Positions 16,621 to 29,254 of a stretch of DNA of 64,000 nt are shown one piece after another. The notes beneath the pieces are model-generated. The model was not told where the DNA came from. It saw nothing but the letters and a program-made list of their open reading frames with translations, and did not search any database. The translations under genes and the position numbers were made by a program. Position 1 is the first letter of the stretch. Every line of letters starts with the position of its first letter. The stretch lies in the NCBI GenBank assembly GCA_964016885.1, contig OZ024765.1:13020001-13084000 (forward strand). Reading direction: 5' to 3'. Source of the stretch: Eledone cirrhosa (Eukaryota).

Positions 16621-16832
16621 TGTATTTGTATATATATATATATATATATATATATGGTTTTCACATTACCAGATAACCAGATAATTATTGCGTTCAGTCA
16701 GATGGCAGTTGTCTGTGTTTCGGATTGGAGGGAATTGCAGTGGATAATGGCTTACATATGATAGGTATGGAGGTAGAGAGGGAGATGTTTGTTGTTGTTA
16801 TTGTTGTTATCAATATTAAGATTATTATTAAT

Positions 16833-17378
16833 GTGGATTGGCAGTATCGGTAGAGGGTCGGAGGCAAAGCTTTGAAGCATAGAGTTGCGGCCCTTTATGA
16901 TCTGAGTTCAAATCCCGCCGAGGTTAACTTTGCCTTTCAGCCTTACGGGGTCGATAAAATAAAGTACCAGTAATGTACTGGGTAATTGCTGGCCTTGTGC
17001 CAAAAGTAGAAACAATTATTATGCGGTGGATTGGCAGTATCGGTAGAGGGTCGGACGCGATGCTTTGCAGCATAGAGTTACGGCCCTTTATGATCTGAGT
17101 TCAAATCCCGCCGAGGTTAACTTTGCCTTTCATACTTCCTGGGTTGATAAAATAAAGGCACTGGGGTCGATTTAATTGACTTGCCCCTTTCCCTTCAAAT
17201 TGCTGGCCTTGTGCCAAATGTATTATTATTATTATTTAGTAACCCCTCCGAGGTTAACTTGGTCTTTCATCTTTACGCAGTCGATAAAGTAAAGTACCAG
17301 TAATACACTTGGGTCGAATTAATCGACGTTCCCCTCCCCCAAATTTGTTGGCCTTGTGCCTAAATCAGAAACCATTAT
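16833..17378 (+). mobile_element. Three head-to-tail SINE-B copies (third partial)
   Basis: Repeated gtggattggcagtatcggtagagggtcggac...gccttgtgcc. Confidence 0.85.
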
Positions 17379-17412
17379 TATTTAGTTTTTGTTGATTTTT
17401 GTTCTGGCTGGC

Positions 17413-17905
17413 AGTGGTGTGGTGTGGTGTGGTGTGGTGTGGTGTGGTGTGGTGTGGTGCTGTGTGGTGTGGTGTGGTGTGGTGTTGTGTAGTGCTGTGT
17501 GGTACGGTGCGGTGTGGTTTGGTTGGCTGTCTCAGTGGGTGGTGTCAGATAGATTCGGATGAGTAACATTTAGTTGTTGGAACACAGCAAGAGGTATGTC
17601 TATTAAGGATGGTGGGGGTGGTGTGGTTTGGTGGGGTGGGGCTATGGTGTGGTATGGTGGGGGCTGGCGATACAGCTGTGGAGTTTCCATTATGGAGTGT
17701 CTTGTGCGGGAGTTCATGCATTAGTATTTGGTGGTTGGGTTTGTGATGATGATGATGATGGTGGTGGTGGCAGTGGTGGTGATGTAGTTGGTAGTGGTGG
17801 TAGTGGTGTTGGTGGTGGCAGTGGTGGTGATGTAGATGGTAGTGGTGGTAGTGATGGTGGTGGTGGCAGTGGTGGTGATGTAGTTGGTAGTGGTGGTAGT
17901 GGTGT
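17413..17905. repeat. (GGTGT)n and (GGT)-rich low-complexity repeats
   Basis: Seen directly. Confidence 0.85.
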
Positions 17906-17929
17906 TGGGATCTTATTATTATTAGTGCA

Positions 17930-18320
17930 GTGGATTGGCAGTATCGGTAGAGGGTCGGACGCCATGCTTTCCAGCATAGAGTTACGTCCCCTTGCGATCT
18001 GAGTTCAAATCCCGCCTAGGTCGATAAAATAAAGTACCAGTAATGCACTGGTATACTTGCTGGCCTTGTGCCAAAAGTAGAAACAATTATTATTAGGGCA
18101 GTGGATTCGCAGTATTGGTAGAGCGTCGGACAATATGCTTTGTGGCAGAGTTTACACCCTTTACTTTCTGTAACTACATGCTTTGCAGCATGTAGTTACA
18201 GCCCTTTACATTCTGAGGTCAACTTTGCCTCTCATCCTTTCAGATTCAACAACATAACGTACCAGTCACGTACTGAGTTAATGTTACTGACTTGCCTCTC
18301 TTCTTTGCCCACAAATTCCT
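17930..18320 (+). mobile_element. Two SINE-B copies (second diverged)
   Basis: Match to the family consensus. Confidence 0.75.
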
Positions 18321-19115
18321 AATAGGGTCGTGAGGCCAAAGTCCTCAAACACTCCCTCCAATGGGTCCTGTCAAAAGCAACTGCCAATGGGTCCTGTCAG
18401 AAGCAACCGTCTCTAACTGATCCAGCTGGATCCCCAAACCAAGCTCATGGATGTAATCCAACAATCTTGAGCAGCGGTTCCCAACTTTTTATAATAAATT
18501 TCACCTTAATGATATAGCAAAACAGTATGGCCCCCCCCAAAAAAAATTTTGATATCATTTTTGTATGTAGAAATAATTTCGGCATGTCTCTTTATTTCAG
18601 TCAAAGTAATTTTGTCAATGAGAAATTTACTAAAATAAATCATATATACCTTGTTATAAAATAAGTTTCTTTACTAAGTTTATTTACTAAAACATAAATT
18701 GTTATATCCAGATTTAAATAATTATCAAGTGAAGTAAAATCATAATTAGAAAAGGTAGAAAGTTGATAAAAAGTTGAATATAAAAATTTGAAGCAAGAAA
18801 AAGAAAATAATATGTTAGAAAACTACTCTTCTTTTTTATATATGAAATTTTGTGATTTTTAGTTAATTCCCGTGGCTCCCCCAATAAGTTGCTATGGCCC
18901 ACTGGTGGGCCATGGCCCCCTGGTTGGGAACCAATAATCTCGAGTCTCTTGCTGGTTGATTTTGCCCTTAAAATCTGTCCAGCGATTCTTTCCTGAGACA
19001 TTCTAACCACGTGCCAGTAATATCGGAGCTGGGATCTCTCAATTTGGAGAAGTAGTGGCTCTACCTGGAGTGACTCTCTGATCTCCGAGTTACACACTTA
19101 CTCCAAAGACACTTC
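18320..19115 (-). mobile_element. Expander/Rex3-like (RTE group) LINE 3' fragment interrupted by a hAT MITE
   Basis: EIRESLQVEPLLLQIERSQLRYYWHVVRMSQERIAGQILRAK at about 19090-18950; appears to continue past the insertion (...LGIQLDQLE). Confidence 0.75.
18472..18936. mobile_element. hAT (Charlie-like) MITE with 8-bp TSD
   Basis: ATCTTGAG|CAGCGGTTCCCAAC ... GTTGGGAACCAATA|ATCTCGAG. Confidence 0.8.
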
Positions 19116-19344
19116 CTCTTCCCGCAAAATGTTGGCTTTGTGCCTCAATTAAAAATTTTAGTCTCCTTGTGATCACGGTGAGTGGATTAACAGACTCAGT
19201 TGAGCATCAGACAAACCTGAGCACTTTACACACAATAATTTCATAATTTCATTATTATTAAATGCTTAGCAGTATTTATTCTGGCTCCTGGTGTTCTGAG
19301 TTAAAATCTTGCTGAGGTCAACTTTGCTTTCTGTCTTTTCGAGG

Positions 19345-19925
19345 TCGACCCGTGGACATGCCTACAAAATCAGAAAACAGCACAGCTCCCATGACTTTCA
19401 GAAATATTTTTTCATGCTCAGAGTTGCTGAGACATGGAACAAACTACCTGCATCAGTTGTTAGCTGTTGGTACACTGCATCCTTCAAAATTTCCATGCTT
19501 CCTAAAATTTGCCAACACTACACCTAATATTCCCCCTCTATACACACAGACACACACACGCATGTGTGTCTGTGTGTATATCATGATTCGAACACTGTTC
19601 ACTTTCCTGACATTTGTACGTTATTATATGTACTATACATGCACCTTTAACCCTTTAACATTTACATTACTCTATATATATTTGTATTTTCATGGTAAAG
19701 ACTTTATCTTACATAATTATCTCACATAATATCGAATCTGTGAGATTTCGAAATTATTTATTTTGAGAACAATACCTTAACATCAGCATGAGCACCCAGC
19801 TACGGCTGGTTTGAACAGAAAGAGGTGAGAGAGTTCTGGCCCGTTACAGCCGGTTTAAATGCTAAAGGGTTAATGAATTGTAGTGCACCTGAGCTCTGTA
19901 TACAATAATTTTCATTATTATTATT
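19345..19925 (+). mobile_element. CR1-group LINE 3' end, interrupted by a TTAA MITE
   Basis: TRGHAYKIRKQ...FFMLRVAETWNKLPASVV...SFK is a typical CR1 ORF2 C-terminus; UTR ends (ATT)n. Confidence 0.85.
19651..19869. mobile_element. piggyBac-type MITE, 219 bp, uninterrupted
   Basis: TTAA|CCCTTTAACATTTA...TAAATGCTAAAGGG|TTAA. The empty site is visible in the paralogous CR1 tail near 22410. Confidence 0.9.
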
Positions 19926-20162
19926 TCATAAAATAAAGTACCAGTAAAGTACTGGGGGTTGGTACAATCAATTTTCTCTACCACCAACACTCCACCACTC
20001 CACCACCACCAAATGTATTTCTACTTAAATTTGACTTCAGTAATTTCTATTCCTCCTTCCTTCCCATTCCCTTCTTCCTTCATACCATATATATATATAT
20101 ATATATAGATATATACATACAATATATTAATAAATGGAAACTATATTTATAAAACCATAATT

Positions 20163-20225
20163 ATTTTATTATATATATTTCAACGGCGACCAAGCCAATC
20201 TTGGTGCGCTTTCATCAGATAAAAT
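20163..20225 (-). ncRNA. Type I hammerhead motif (inverted arm)
   Basis: ATTTTAT-CTGATGA-aagcgc accaag attgg cttggt cgccgtt-GAAA-T ATAT A-TA-ATAAAAT. Confidence 0.7.
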
Positions 20226-20360
20226 CCAAAATTTGTTTTATAAATAGTGACATAACCATGGAAAACAACCTTGACGGTTGAAAATTCATTGAAAATCCAG
20301 CGATTTCAACCGTCAAGGTTGTTTTCCATGGTTATGTCACTATTTATAAAACAAATTTTG

Positions 20361-20425
20361 TATTTTATCTGATGAAAGTGCACCAAGATTGGCTTAGTCG
20401 CCGTTGAAATATATATAATAAAATA
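20361..20425 (+). ncRNA. Type I hammerhead motif
   Basis: TATTTTAT-CTGATGA-(imperfect stem II)-GAAA-TATATATA-ATAAAATA; 8-bp stem I, AUA triplet. Confidence 0.7.
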
Positions 20426-20554
20426 ATTATGGTTTTATAAATATAGTTTCCATTTATTAATATATTGAATATTTACTCCAGTAATTTGTTGAGTGCTCTA
20501 TATCAGTTATAAACTTTTAAGTTTGTTGGAATCCCAACAAATTAAATATAACTT

Positions 20555-20587
<33 letters not shown>

Positions 20588-20632
20588 TGTGCGTGTGCAT
20601 CGTGTGTGTATGTATATACAGACTGACACACA

Positions 20633-20683
<51 letters not shown>

Positions 20684-20763
20684 GCGTGTATGTGTATACA
20701 TATATATATATGCACTAGATATGAATATATATATGTATATTTGCATATTTATGTGTGTATGTC

Positions 20764-20798
<35 letters not shown>

Positions 20799-20848
20799 TT
20801 TATATGACTAAACATATCTATATATATGTGTATATGTATATATATGTA

Positions 20849-20880
<32 letters not shown>

Positions 20881-21232
20881 CGATTCTTACAAAATATCAA
20901 CAGTACTTTTATTTTATTTCGGTACATTGAGATAAGATTGCCCCTATCTTATCTTATCTTCTGTTTTGCCCTCCCCAAACCCATGCCCCTACTCCTAAAA
21001 TAGTTTGCCCCTATTTCAAAAACGGGACCCACATCTTACCTAACATTAAGTACTTTTTATTCTCCAGACACCTTACCTCTATAGGTGCAAGATGTGTGGT
21101 TCCGGGGTTTGATTCACAACCATATAGTTTCAAGTCCAACCCCACTGCATGGCACCTTCAGCAAGTATTTTCTACTATATAATAGCTTGTTGCTTTAACC
21201 CTTTCGCATTTACATTATTCTATATTTATTAA

Positions 21233-21625
21233 TGGTGGATTGGCAGTAACGTTAGAGGGTCGGACGCCATGCTTTCAAGCATAGAGTTACGTCTCTTTAT
21301 GATCTGAGTTCAAATCCCGCTGAGGTTGACTTTGCCTTTCATCCTTACGGGGTCGATAAAATAAAGTACCAGTAATGCACTGGGTAATTGCTGGCCTTGT
21401 GCCTAAAGTAGAAACAATTATTCTATATTTACTAATGGTGGATTGGCAGTAACGGTAGAGGGTCGGACGCCATGCTTTCAAGCATAGAGTTACGTCTCTT
21501 TATGATCTGAGTTCAAATCCCGCCAAGGTTGACTTTGCCTTTCATCCTTACGGGGTCGATAAAATAAAGTACCAGTAATGCACTGGGTAATTGCTGGCCT
21601 TGTGCCTAAAGTAGAAACAATTATT
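21233..21625 (+). mobile_element. Near-identical tandem SINE-B dimer (203-bp period)
   Basis: attattctatattta occurs at 21214, 21417 and 21620. Confidence 0.9.
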
Positions 21626-21683
21626 CTATATTTACTATTGGATTTTTGAGGTAAAGGATTTATCTCACATAATTATCTCACAT

Positions 21684-22470
21684 GGATAATGGGCTTGGAT
21701 ACAACTCCAACGTCTGGAAACTGACTTGGTAAACACCCACAAAATTATTAACCATCTTGCGTACAACAACAATCTTGAGCACCTTTTTGAATTCCATGTG
21801 TCTAACTCATATGGGCATGCCTACAAAGACAGAAAACAACACAGCTCTATGCTGAAGCATGGAACAAATTACCTGCTTCACTTGTTAGCTGCCGAGACAC
21901 TGCATCCTTTAAAACCTCCATAGGACAAACTACCTGCATCAGTTGTTAGCTGTCGAGACACTGCATCCTTTAAAACCTCCATGGAACAAACTACTTGCAT
22001 CAGTTGTTAGCTGTCGAGACACTGCATCCTTTAAAACCTCCATAGGACAAACTACCTGCATCAGTTGTTAGCTGTCGAGACACTGCATCCTTTAAAACCT
22101 CCATAGGACAAACTACCTGCATCAGCTGTTAGCTGCCGAGACACTGCATCCTTTAAAACCGCCATGGAACAAACTACCTGCATCAGTTGTTAGCTGTCGA
22201 GACACTGCATCCTTTAAAACCTCCATGGAACAAACTACCTGCATCAGTTGTTAGCTGTCGAGACACTGCATCCTTTGAAACCTCCATGCTTCCTGAAATT
22301 CGCCAATACACCTAATATTCCCCACTCCATATACATGCACACATGTATATCATGACTCATACACTCTTCACTTTCCTGACATTTGTACATTATTCTATGT
22401 ACTATACATGCACCTTTGATGAGTTGTAGTGCACCTGAGCACTGTACACAATAATTTCATTATTATTTTT
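21684..22470 (+). mobile_element. CR1-group LINE 3' fragment with an internal 61-bp x7 tandem expansion (21859-22286)
   Basis: Homologous to 19345-19925; unit atggaacaaactacctgcatcagttgttagctgtcgagacactgcatcctttaaaacctcc. Confidence 0.85.
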
Positions 22471-22924
22471 TTATAATATTGAATCTATGAGATTCTGATA
22501 TTATTTATTTTGAGAAAACATTAACATAAATATGAGCAGCTGGTTAAAGCTGGTTTGAACAGAAAGAGTTGAGAGATTCTGGCCGGATATAGCCGGTTTA
22601 AATGCTAAAGGGTTAAGACTAACAGTGGTAGATGCCAAAAACTGTGGAGTATCCTGTCTTATGTTTGTGTTGGACCTCCAATATTTGCAACACCAGCTGC
22701 TTCAATCAACAGAACTGGCTGCTCATGATATTAACATGTAAGTGGCTGAGCATTCCACAGATGTTAGGGCCCTTATTGTAGTTCTTAGGGAGATTCAGCA
22801 TGATACAATATGTGACCAGACTGGCATTCTGAGTTACATGTACAACTCATGGCTGTACTGAAGCAGTGGGAAATATAGTGTCCTGTTCAAGGACACGTGT
22901 ACCTATGGTAGAATAATGGTGTCT

Positions 22925-23115
22925 TATATTGGCACAAGGCTAGCAATTTTTTGGGGAGGGGAAAGTCAATTAAATCGACCCCAGTGCGTGACTGGTACTT
23001 TATTTTATCAACCCCGTAAGAATGAAAAGCAAAGTTAACCTCGGTGGGATTTGAACTCAGAACGTAAAGGGCCGTAACTCTGTGCTGGAAAGCATGGCGT
23101 CCGACCCTCTACCTA
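22925..23115 (-). mobile_element. SINE-B
   Basis: Match to the consensus. Confidence 0.8.
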
Positions 23116-23177
23116 TGGTAGAATAATACATACATGTTGCATGTATTATATATATATATATATATATTTATAAATCT

Positions 23178-23331
23178 AATATAGAAATGGCTTCTACAGG
23201 ACTAGAACTGTTTCATTCAAAGGAAATCATCAGGAAAGCCTGTAGAAGCCATTTCTATATTAAATATTTATACTCTGCTATGTATTGAGTACCTTACTTA
23301 TTGTGGTTACCCCCGATTGAACCTGGGATTC
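23178..23331. mobile_element. Fold-back element with a hammerhead-like core on the minus strand; paralogs at 59475-59595, about 1165-1225 and about 50400-50435
   Basis: 23-bp inverted repeat aatatagaaatggcttctacagg/cctgtagaagccatttctatatt encloses the reverse complement of CTGATGA-tttc cttt gaat-GAAAC-agttcta-GTC. Confidence 0.6.
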
Positions 23332-23351
23332 ACACACAAACACACACACAC

Positions 23352-23428
<77 letters not shown>

Positions 23429-23872
23429 TCCTCCATTTTTCCATACTCACATGGTTTGAATGAATCCTTTTCAGCACAGCATCTCTTCACTTGTCGCGTT
23501 CCTTCATCATATATATATATATATATATTTTTTTTAAATTCCATTAGTTATTTCAGTCAAAAGATTGTGGCCTTGCTGGGGAACTGCCCTGATCATTAAG
23601 TTACAGGATATAAATACAGACGCGTGTGTATCAGTTTGACAATCGCCGCAGACGAATGCGAGAAAGTTCTCCAACCAAAGTTAACCAGGAATCTTTAAAA
23701 TTCTTCCCACCGAAGTTAACAAAGAACTTACTAGATCTACCAACTCATAATTTTATAATATTATAAAATTCAATCAAAAAGGTTTTTAACACTACATGTG
23801 AAGTCATTCTTTTCCATTTTTTCAAATATATCTAACTGTACCAAGGATCTCCCACATTTTCCAATATATATA

Positions 23873-24216
23873 TCATCATCATCATCATTTCATTTTACGT
23901 CCGCTTTTCCCTGTTTGCAAGGGTGGGACGGGAACTGATTCTGGCTTGATTTCTACAGCTGGATGCCCTTCCTAACACCAACCTCATTTACAGTGAGTGC
24001 TGGGTGCTTTTTTTGCCGTGGCACCTCCACGACCACTTTGCAGTGGACTGATAGGGACCCCAGTCCCTATCATCTCATTTCTACAGCTGAGTAAACTGGA
24101 GCAATGTGAAATAAAGTGTCTTGCTCAAGGAAACAACACATCACCCAGTCCGAGAATTGAACTCACAACCTTTTGATTGCAAGCCCAATGCTCTAACCAC
24201 TAAGCCATGCGCCTTC
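23873..24216 (-). mobile_element. SINE family A
   Basis: Match to the consensus. Confidence 0.9.
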
Positions 24217-24417
24217 ACACCATGCACCTTCACACCATATATATATATATTATAAGATACTTGCTCAAGATTCAATGTAGTGGTTGGAATCAAGCTCAGC
24301 CATGCCTGATATATATATATATATATAAATATATATATAAACTTGCATGTGTATATATAGGCATATATATATATATATAGATGTGAGAAAAACCACAGAC
24401 CCTCCATCTCAACTCTA

Positions 24418-24453
24418 CATTTGAAAAGCAGAAGAACTGCGAAACCGGTAAAG
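24418..24453 (+). ncRNA. Minimal hammerhead motif, U3-A8 core variant, in a TA-flanked repeat (24380-24590); paralogs near 15455 and 16455
   Basis: Three-copy consensus CTT-TTGAAAA-GCAG AAGAA CTGC-GAAA-C CG G-TA-AAG. This copy has one stem-I mismatch. AATAAA follows. Confidence 0.6.
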
Positions 24454-24584
24454 GAACCAAATAAATATAGATATTTTTTTAAAAAATAAGACTGCAGTTG
24501 CATTTTCGATTTCATCTTTTTTTCTTTATACTTTCAGTCGTGTAGGACACCTCGGTTATTTTTCATTTTGTAAAAAAACCTCAC

Positions 24585-24666
<82 letters not shown>

Positions 24667-24824
24667 TAATATAGTTAGTCATATACTTAAAATTGACATG
24701 ATTGCCTGTTTCTCTCATCACATCAAACATTCCAGTATTACTCACATGATTAAACCTTTGGTGTGTTTATGTGTCTGTGTGTGAGTGTATATATATGTAT
24801 AACAATATATATATATATATGTAT

Positions 24825-24868
<44 letters not shown>

Positions 24869-25602
24869 CATAAGGGTTTCATAAACTTCCATCAACAAAC
24901 ATCTCTACTACCTCCAGCAGTGATATTGCCATAGTATATCTGTGGGTTTTTTCTGCCATCTCCATGTTTATGCTTCAAACACCAGCTTGAAAAAAAGCAG
25001 TTAGTTATATTACTGAATCTCTTAAAATTCTTGATTATGTTCAAACTTACTTGACAATCATAAGCAGTGTGAAGGCAGCAAGTTGGCAGAGTCGTTAGAG
25101 CGTCAGATAGAATTCTTTGCAGTTTTTGTTTCAGCTCTTTGTGGTCTCAGTTTAAAACCTGCTGAGGTCAACTTTGTCTTCCATCCATCTGAGATCAATA
25201 AAAAAAAGATATACCTGTCCACCTGCCAGGTGGTGCTATTAAGTTAGACATGGCCTGGGCCAATACTGGCCGAAACCTATCAAAGTTATCAAAGTTACTA
25301 CTAACAGGGCCTCCAAGAGAAATTTTGCAAGGCAGTACAAGACCCCTTTGGGGCTAGAAACAGGCAAAGATTTTTCACAAAATGGATGTTGCATGATTTC
25401 TGTGGGGCCTTCTTAGCTCTTGGGTACCGGAACAAAGTACCGGTGAGCCCTCCACTCATAGGCCCTAACTACTGAGGGTTGATTCTTCCTTTATATCTCT
25501 TTCAAATTTCCTTTCTCTCTCCTTGTTGCTCTTTTTTGGGGAAGAAATTGTCCATGTTTGGGCCTGGAGAGGGGATGGGCTCCACCAGGTTTAACCCTTC
25601 AA

Positions 25603-25885
25603 CATCATCATCATCATCGTTTAACGTCCATCTTCCACGCTTGCATGGGTTTGGACGGGAGTTTTCCCAGTTGAGGCAAGAGTGGTTGTTTTGCTCGCAT
25701 AGGACTGTCTGGCTGGTTTTCTACGGCTGGATGCCCTTCCTAACACCAACCACATTTACAATGTGGGGCTGGGAGGTTTTTACCGTGTTGCCTACACGGC
25801 CACATTACAGCGTGGACTGTGTGTTTTTTTGTCGTGACACCTACACGATCTCATTTGTTTCGGACTGGATGTTGTGGTACCAACA
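25603..25885 (-). mobile_element. RTE 3'UTR fragment
   Basis: Matches 7970-8260. Confidence 0.85.
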
Positions 25886-25888
25886 ATA

Positions 25889-26107
25889 CCCTCAGTATTT
25901 ACATTACTCTATTTATACTATTGTATTTTCACAGTAAAGACTTTACCTCACATAATTATCTCACATAATATCGAATCTATGAGATTTTGATATTATTTAT
26001 TTTGAGAACAATACCTTAACATCAGTATGAGTGGCCAGTTATGGTTGTTTAAACAGAAAGAGGTGAGAGAATTCTGACCGGATATGGCCGGTTTAGATGT
26101 TAGAGGG
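25889..26107. mobile_element. TTAA MITE, diverged termini
   Basis: Internal match to 19651-19869. Confidence 0.8.
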
Positions 26108-26169
26108 TTAAAAAAACTGCCCCAAGCCATGTCACAGTATGACACAATGGTGCCTCATACTGAGAGATG

Positions 26170-28290
26170 AGGAAGAGGAAGTGAGATATGTAGAGAGGAA
26201 GTGAGATGTGTAGAGGAGAAGTGAGATATGTAGAGAAGTGAGATGTGTAGAGAAGTGATATATGTAGAGAGGAAGTGAGATATGTAGAGAGGAAGTGAGA
26301 TATGTAGAGGGGAAGTGAGACGTGTAGAGAGGAAGTGAGACATGTAGAGGGGGAGTGAGATGAGAGAGAGGAAGTGATATATGTAGAGAGGGAAGTGAGA
26401 GATGTGTCGAGGGAAGTGAGATGTGTAGAGAGGAAGTGAGATATGTAGAGGGGAAGTGAGATATGTAGAGGGGAAGTGAGATACGTAGAGGGGAAGTGAG
26501 ATATGTAGAGGGGAAGTGAGATATGTAGAGAGGAAGTGAGATATGTAGAGGGGAAGTGAGATATGTAGAGGGGAAGTGAGATATGTAGAGAGGAAGTGAT
26601 ATATGTAGAGGGGAAGTGAGATATGTAGAGAGGAAGTGAGACATGTAGAGGGGAAGTGAGATATGTAGAGGGGAAGTGAGACATGTAGAGAGGAAGTGAA
26701 ATATGTAGAGGGGAAGTGATATATGTAGAGGGGAAGTGAGATATGTAGAGAGGAAGTGAGACATGTAGAGGGGAAGTAAGATACGTAGAGGGGAAGTGAG
26801 ATATGTAGAGAGGAAGTGAAATATGTAGAGGGGAAGTGATATATGTAGAGGGGAAGTGAGATATGTAGAGGGGAAGTGAGATATGTAGAGGGGAAGTGAG
26901 ATATGTAGAGAGGAAGTGAGATATGTAGAGGGGAAGTGAGATATGTAGAGAAGGAAGTGAGATGTGTAGAGAGGAAGTGAGACATGTAGAGGGGAAGTGA
27001 TATATGTAGAGGGGAAGTGAGAGATGTAGAGGGGAAGTGAGATATGTAGAGGGGAAGTGAGATATGTAGAGGGGAAGTGAGATACGTAGAGGGGAAGTGA
27101 TATATGTAGAGGGGAAGTGAGATATGTAGAGGGGAAGTGAGATATGTAGAGGGGAAGTGAGATATGTAGAGGGGAAGTGAGATATGTAGAGAGGAAGTGA
27201 GATATGTAGAGGGGAAGTGAGAGATGTAGAGGGGAAGTGAGACATGTAGAGGGGAAGTGAGACATGTAGAGGGGAAGTGAGACATGTAGAGGGGAAGTGA
27301 GATATGTAGAGGGGAAGTGAGATATGTAGAGAGGAAGTGAGATATGTAGAGGGGAAGTGAGAGATGTAGAGGGGAAGTGAGATATGTAGAGGGGAAGTGA
27401 GAGATGTAGAGGGGAAGTGAGACATGTAGAGGGGAAGTGAGATATGTAGAGGGGAAGTGAGATATGTAGAGGGGAAGTGAGATATGTAGAGGGGAAGTGA
27501 TATATGTAGAGGGGAAGTGAGATATGTAGAGGGGAAGTGAGACATGTAGAGGGGAAGTGAGACATGTAGAGGGGAAGTGAGATATGTAGAGGGGAAGTGA
27601 GATATGTAGAGGGGAAGTGATATATGTAGAGGGGAAGTGAGATATGTAGAGAGGAAGTGAGATATGTAGAGAGGAAGTGAGATATGTAGAGGGGAAGTGA
27701 GATATGTGGAGAGGAAGTGAGATATGTAGAGGGGAAGTGAGATATGTAGAGGGGAAGTGAGACATGTAGAGGGGAAGTGAGATATGTGGAGAGGAAGTGA
27801 GATATGTAGAGGGGAAGTGAGATATGTGGAGAGGAAGTGAGATATGTAGAGAGGAAGTGAGATATGTAGAGGGGAAGTGAGATATGTGGAGAGGAAGTGA
27901 GATATGTAGAGGGGAAGTGAGATACGTAGAGGGGAAGTGATATATGTAGAGGGGAAGTGAGACATGTAGAGAGGAAGTGATATATGTAGAGGGGAAGTGA
28001 GACATGTAGAGGGGAAGTGAGATATGTAGAGGGGAAGTGAGATATGTAGAGGGGAAGTGAGAGATGTGTCGAGGGGAAGTGAGAGATGTGTCGAGGGGAA
28101 GTGAGATATGTAGAGGGGAAGTGAGATATGTAGAGGGGAAGTGAGATATGTGGAGAGGAAGTGAGAGATGTAGAGGGGAAGTGAGATATGTAGAGGGGAA
28201 GTGAGACATGTAGAGGGGAAGTGAGATATGTGGAGAGGAAGTGAGATATGTAGAGGGGATATGAGAGAGGAAGTGAGATATGGAGAGGAA
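26170..28290. repeat. 20-bp minisatellite AGAGGGGAAGTGAGATATGT, about 105 units
   Basis: Seen directly. Confidence 0.97.
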
Positions 28291-28504
28291 GAACTATCAC
28301 CAGTAATGGACACGTACTTAATTTATCAACCTCAAAAGGATGAGATGCAGAGTTGACTTTCCAGGGATTTGAATTCGGAACACAGGGAACTGGTGTTGAG
28401 TACTACAGAGTATTTCGTTTGATGTTCTAACGACTGACTCTGCCAATTCACTACCTGTGTTTTCTTTTAAGGTGATGTTTTTAGTTGTAATTAAGGCTTG
28501 TGAC

Positions 28505-28745
28505 GATGGTGGTGGTGGTGCTGGTGGGGAGTTAGTGGTGATGGTGGTGGGGGTGGGGGGAAGTTGGTGGGGGGGAGTTAGTGGTGATGGTGGTGGGGAA
28601 GTTAGTGGTGATGGTGGTGGGGAAGTTAGCAGTGGTGGTGGTGGGGAAGTTAGCAGTGGTGATGGTGGTGGGGAAGTTAGCAGTGGTGGTGGTGGGGAAG
28701 TTAGTGGTGATGGTGGTGGGGAAGTTAGTGGAGACAGTGGTAGCA
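28505..28745. repeat. 21-27 bp GGT-rich tandem repeat (ggtggtggggaagttagtggtgat)
   Basis: Seen directly. Confidence 0.85.
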
Positions 28746-28789
28746 GCATCTCTCGTAATTATTTTGTGATGATCAGCCATGTCTATGTA

Positions 28790-28850
<61 letters not shown>

Positions 28851-28888
28851 TCATCGTTTTATGTCCATTTTTCCATGCTATATATATG

Positions 28889-29128
28889 TCATCATCATCA
28901 TCGTTTAACATCCATCTTCCACGCTAGCATGGGTCTGGACGGGAATTGTCCCACTTGAGGCAAGAATGGTTGTCTTGCTCGTATAGGATTGTCTGGCGGG
29001 TTTTCTACAGCTGGATGCCCTTCCTAACACTAACCATGTTTACAGTGTGGACTGGGAGGTTTTTACCGTGTTACCTACACGGCCACATTACAGCGTGGAC
29101 CGTGTATTTTTTTGTCGTGACACCTACA

Positions 29129-29131
<3 letters not shown>
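28889..29131 (-). mobile_element. RTE 3'UTR fragment
   Basis: Matches 7970-8225. Confidence 0.85.
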
Positions 29132-29206
<75 letters not shown>

Positions 29207-29254
29207 ATGAAATGACAGGAGGCTGGATTTGTGTAAATCCTTGAAAGGTTTATT

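Larger units (their letters stand above)
20120..20560. mobile_element. Fold-back element with about 164-bp inverted arms (20120-20283 and 20304-20467), a hammerhead in each arm, TA-flanked
   Basis: The arms are reverse complements with about 3 mismatches; single-arm paralog at 35470-35670. Confidence 0.85.
21199..22612. mobile_element. TTAA MITE expanded by a nested SINE-B dimer and a CR1 fragment
   Basis: TTAA|CCCTTTCGCATTTA ... TAAATGCTAAAGGG|TTAA. MITE pieces at about 21199-21230, 21620-21683 and 22474-22612. Confidence 0.85.

Noticed and set aside
26100-28313. Three overlapping ORFs of about 700 aa
   Set aside because: Stop-free strand of a 20-bp minisatellite; all three frames are open.
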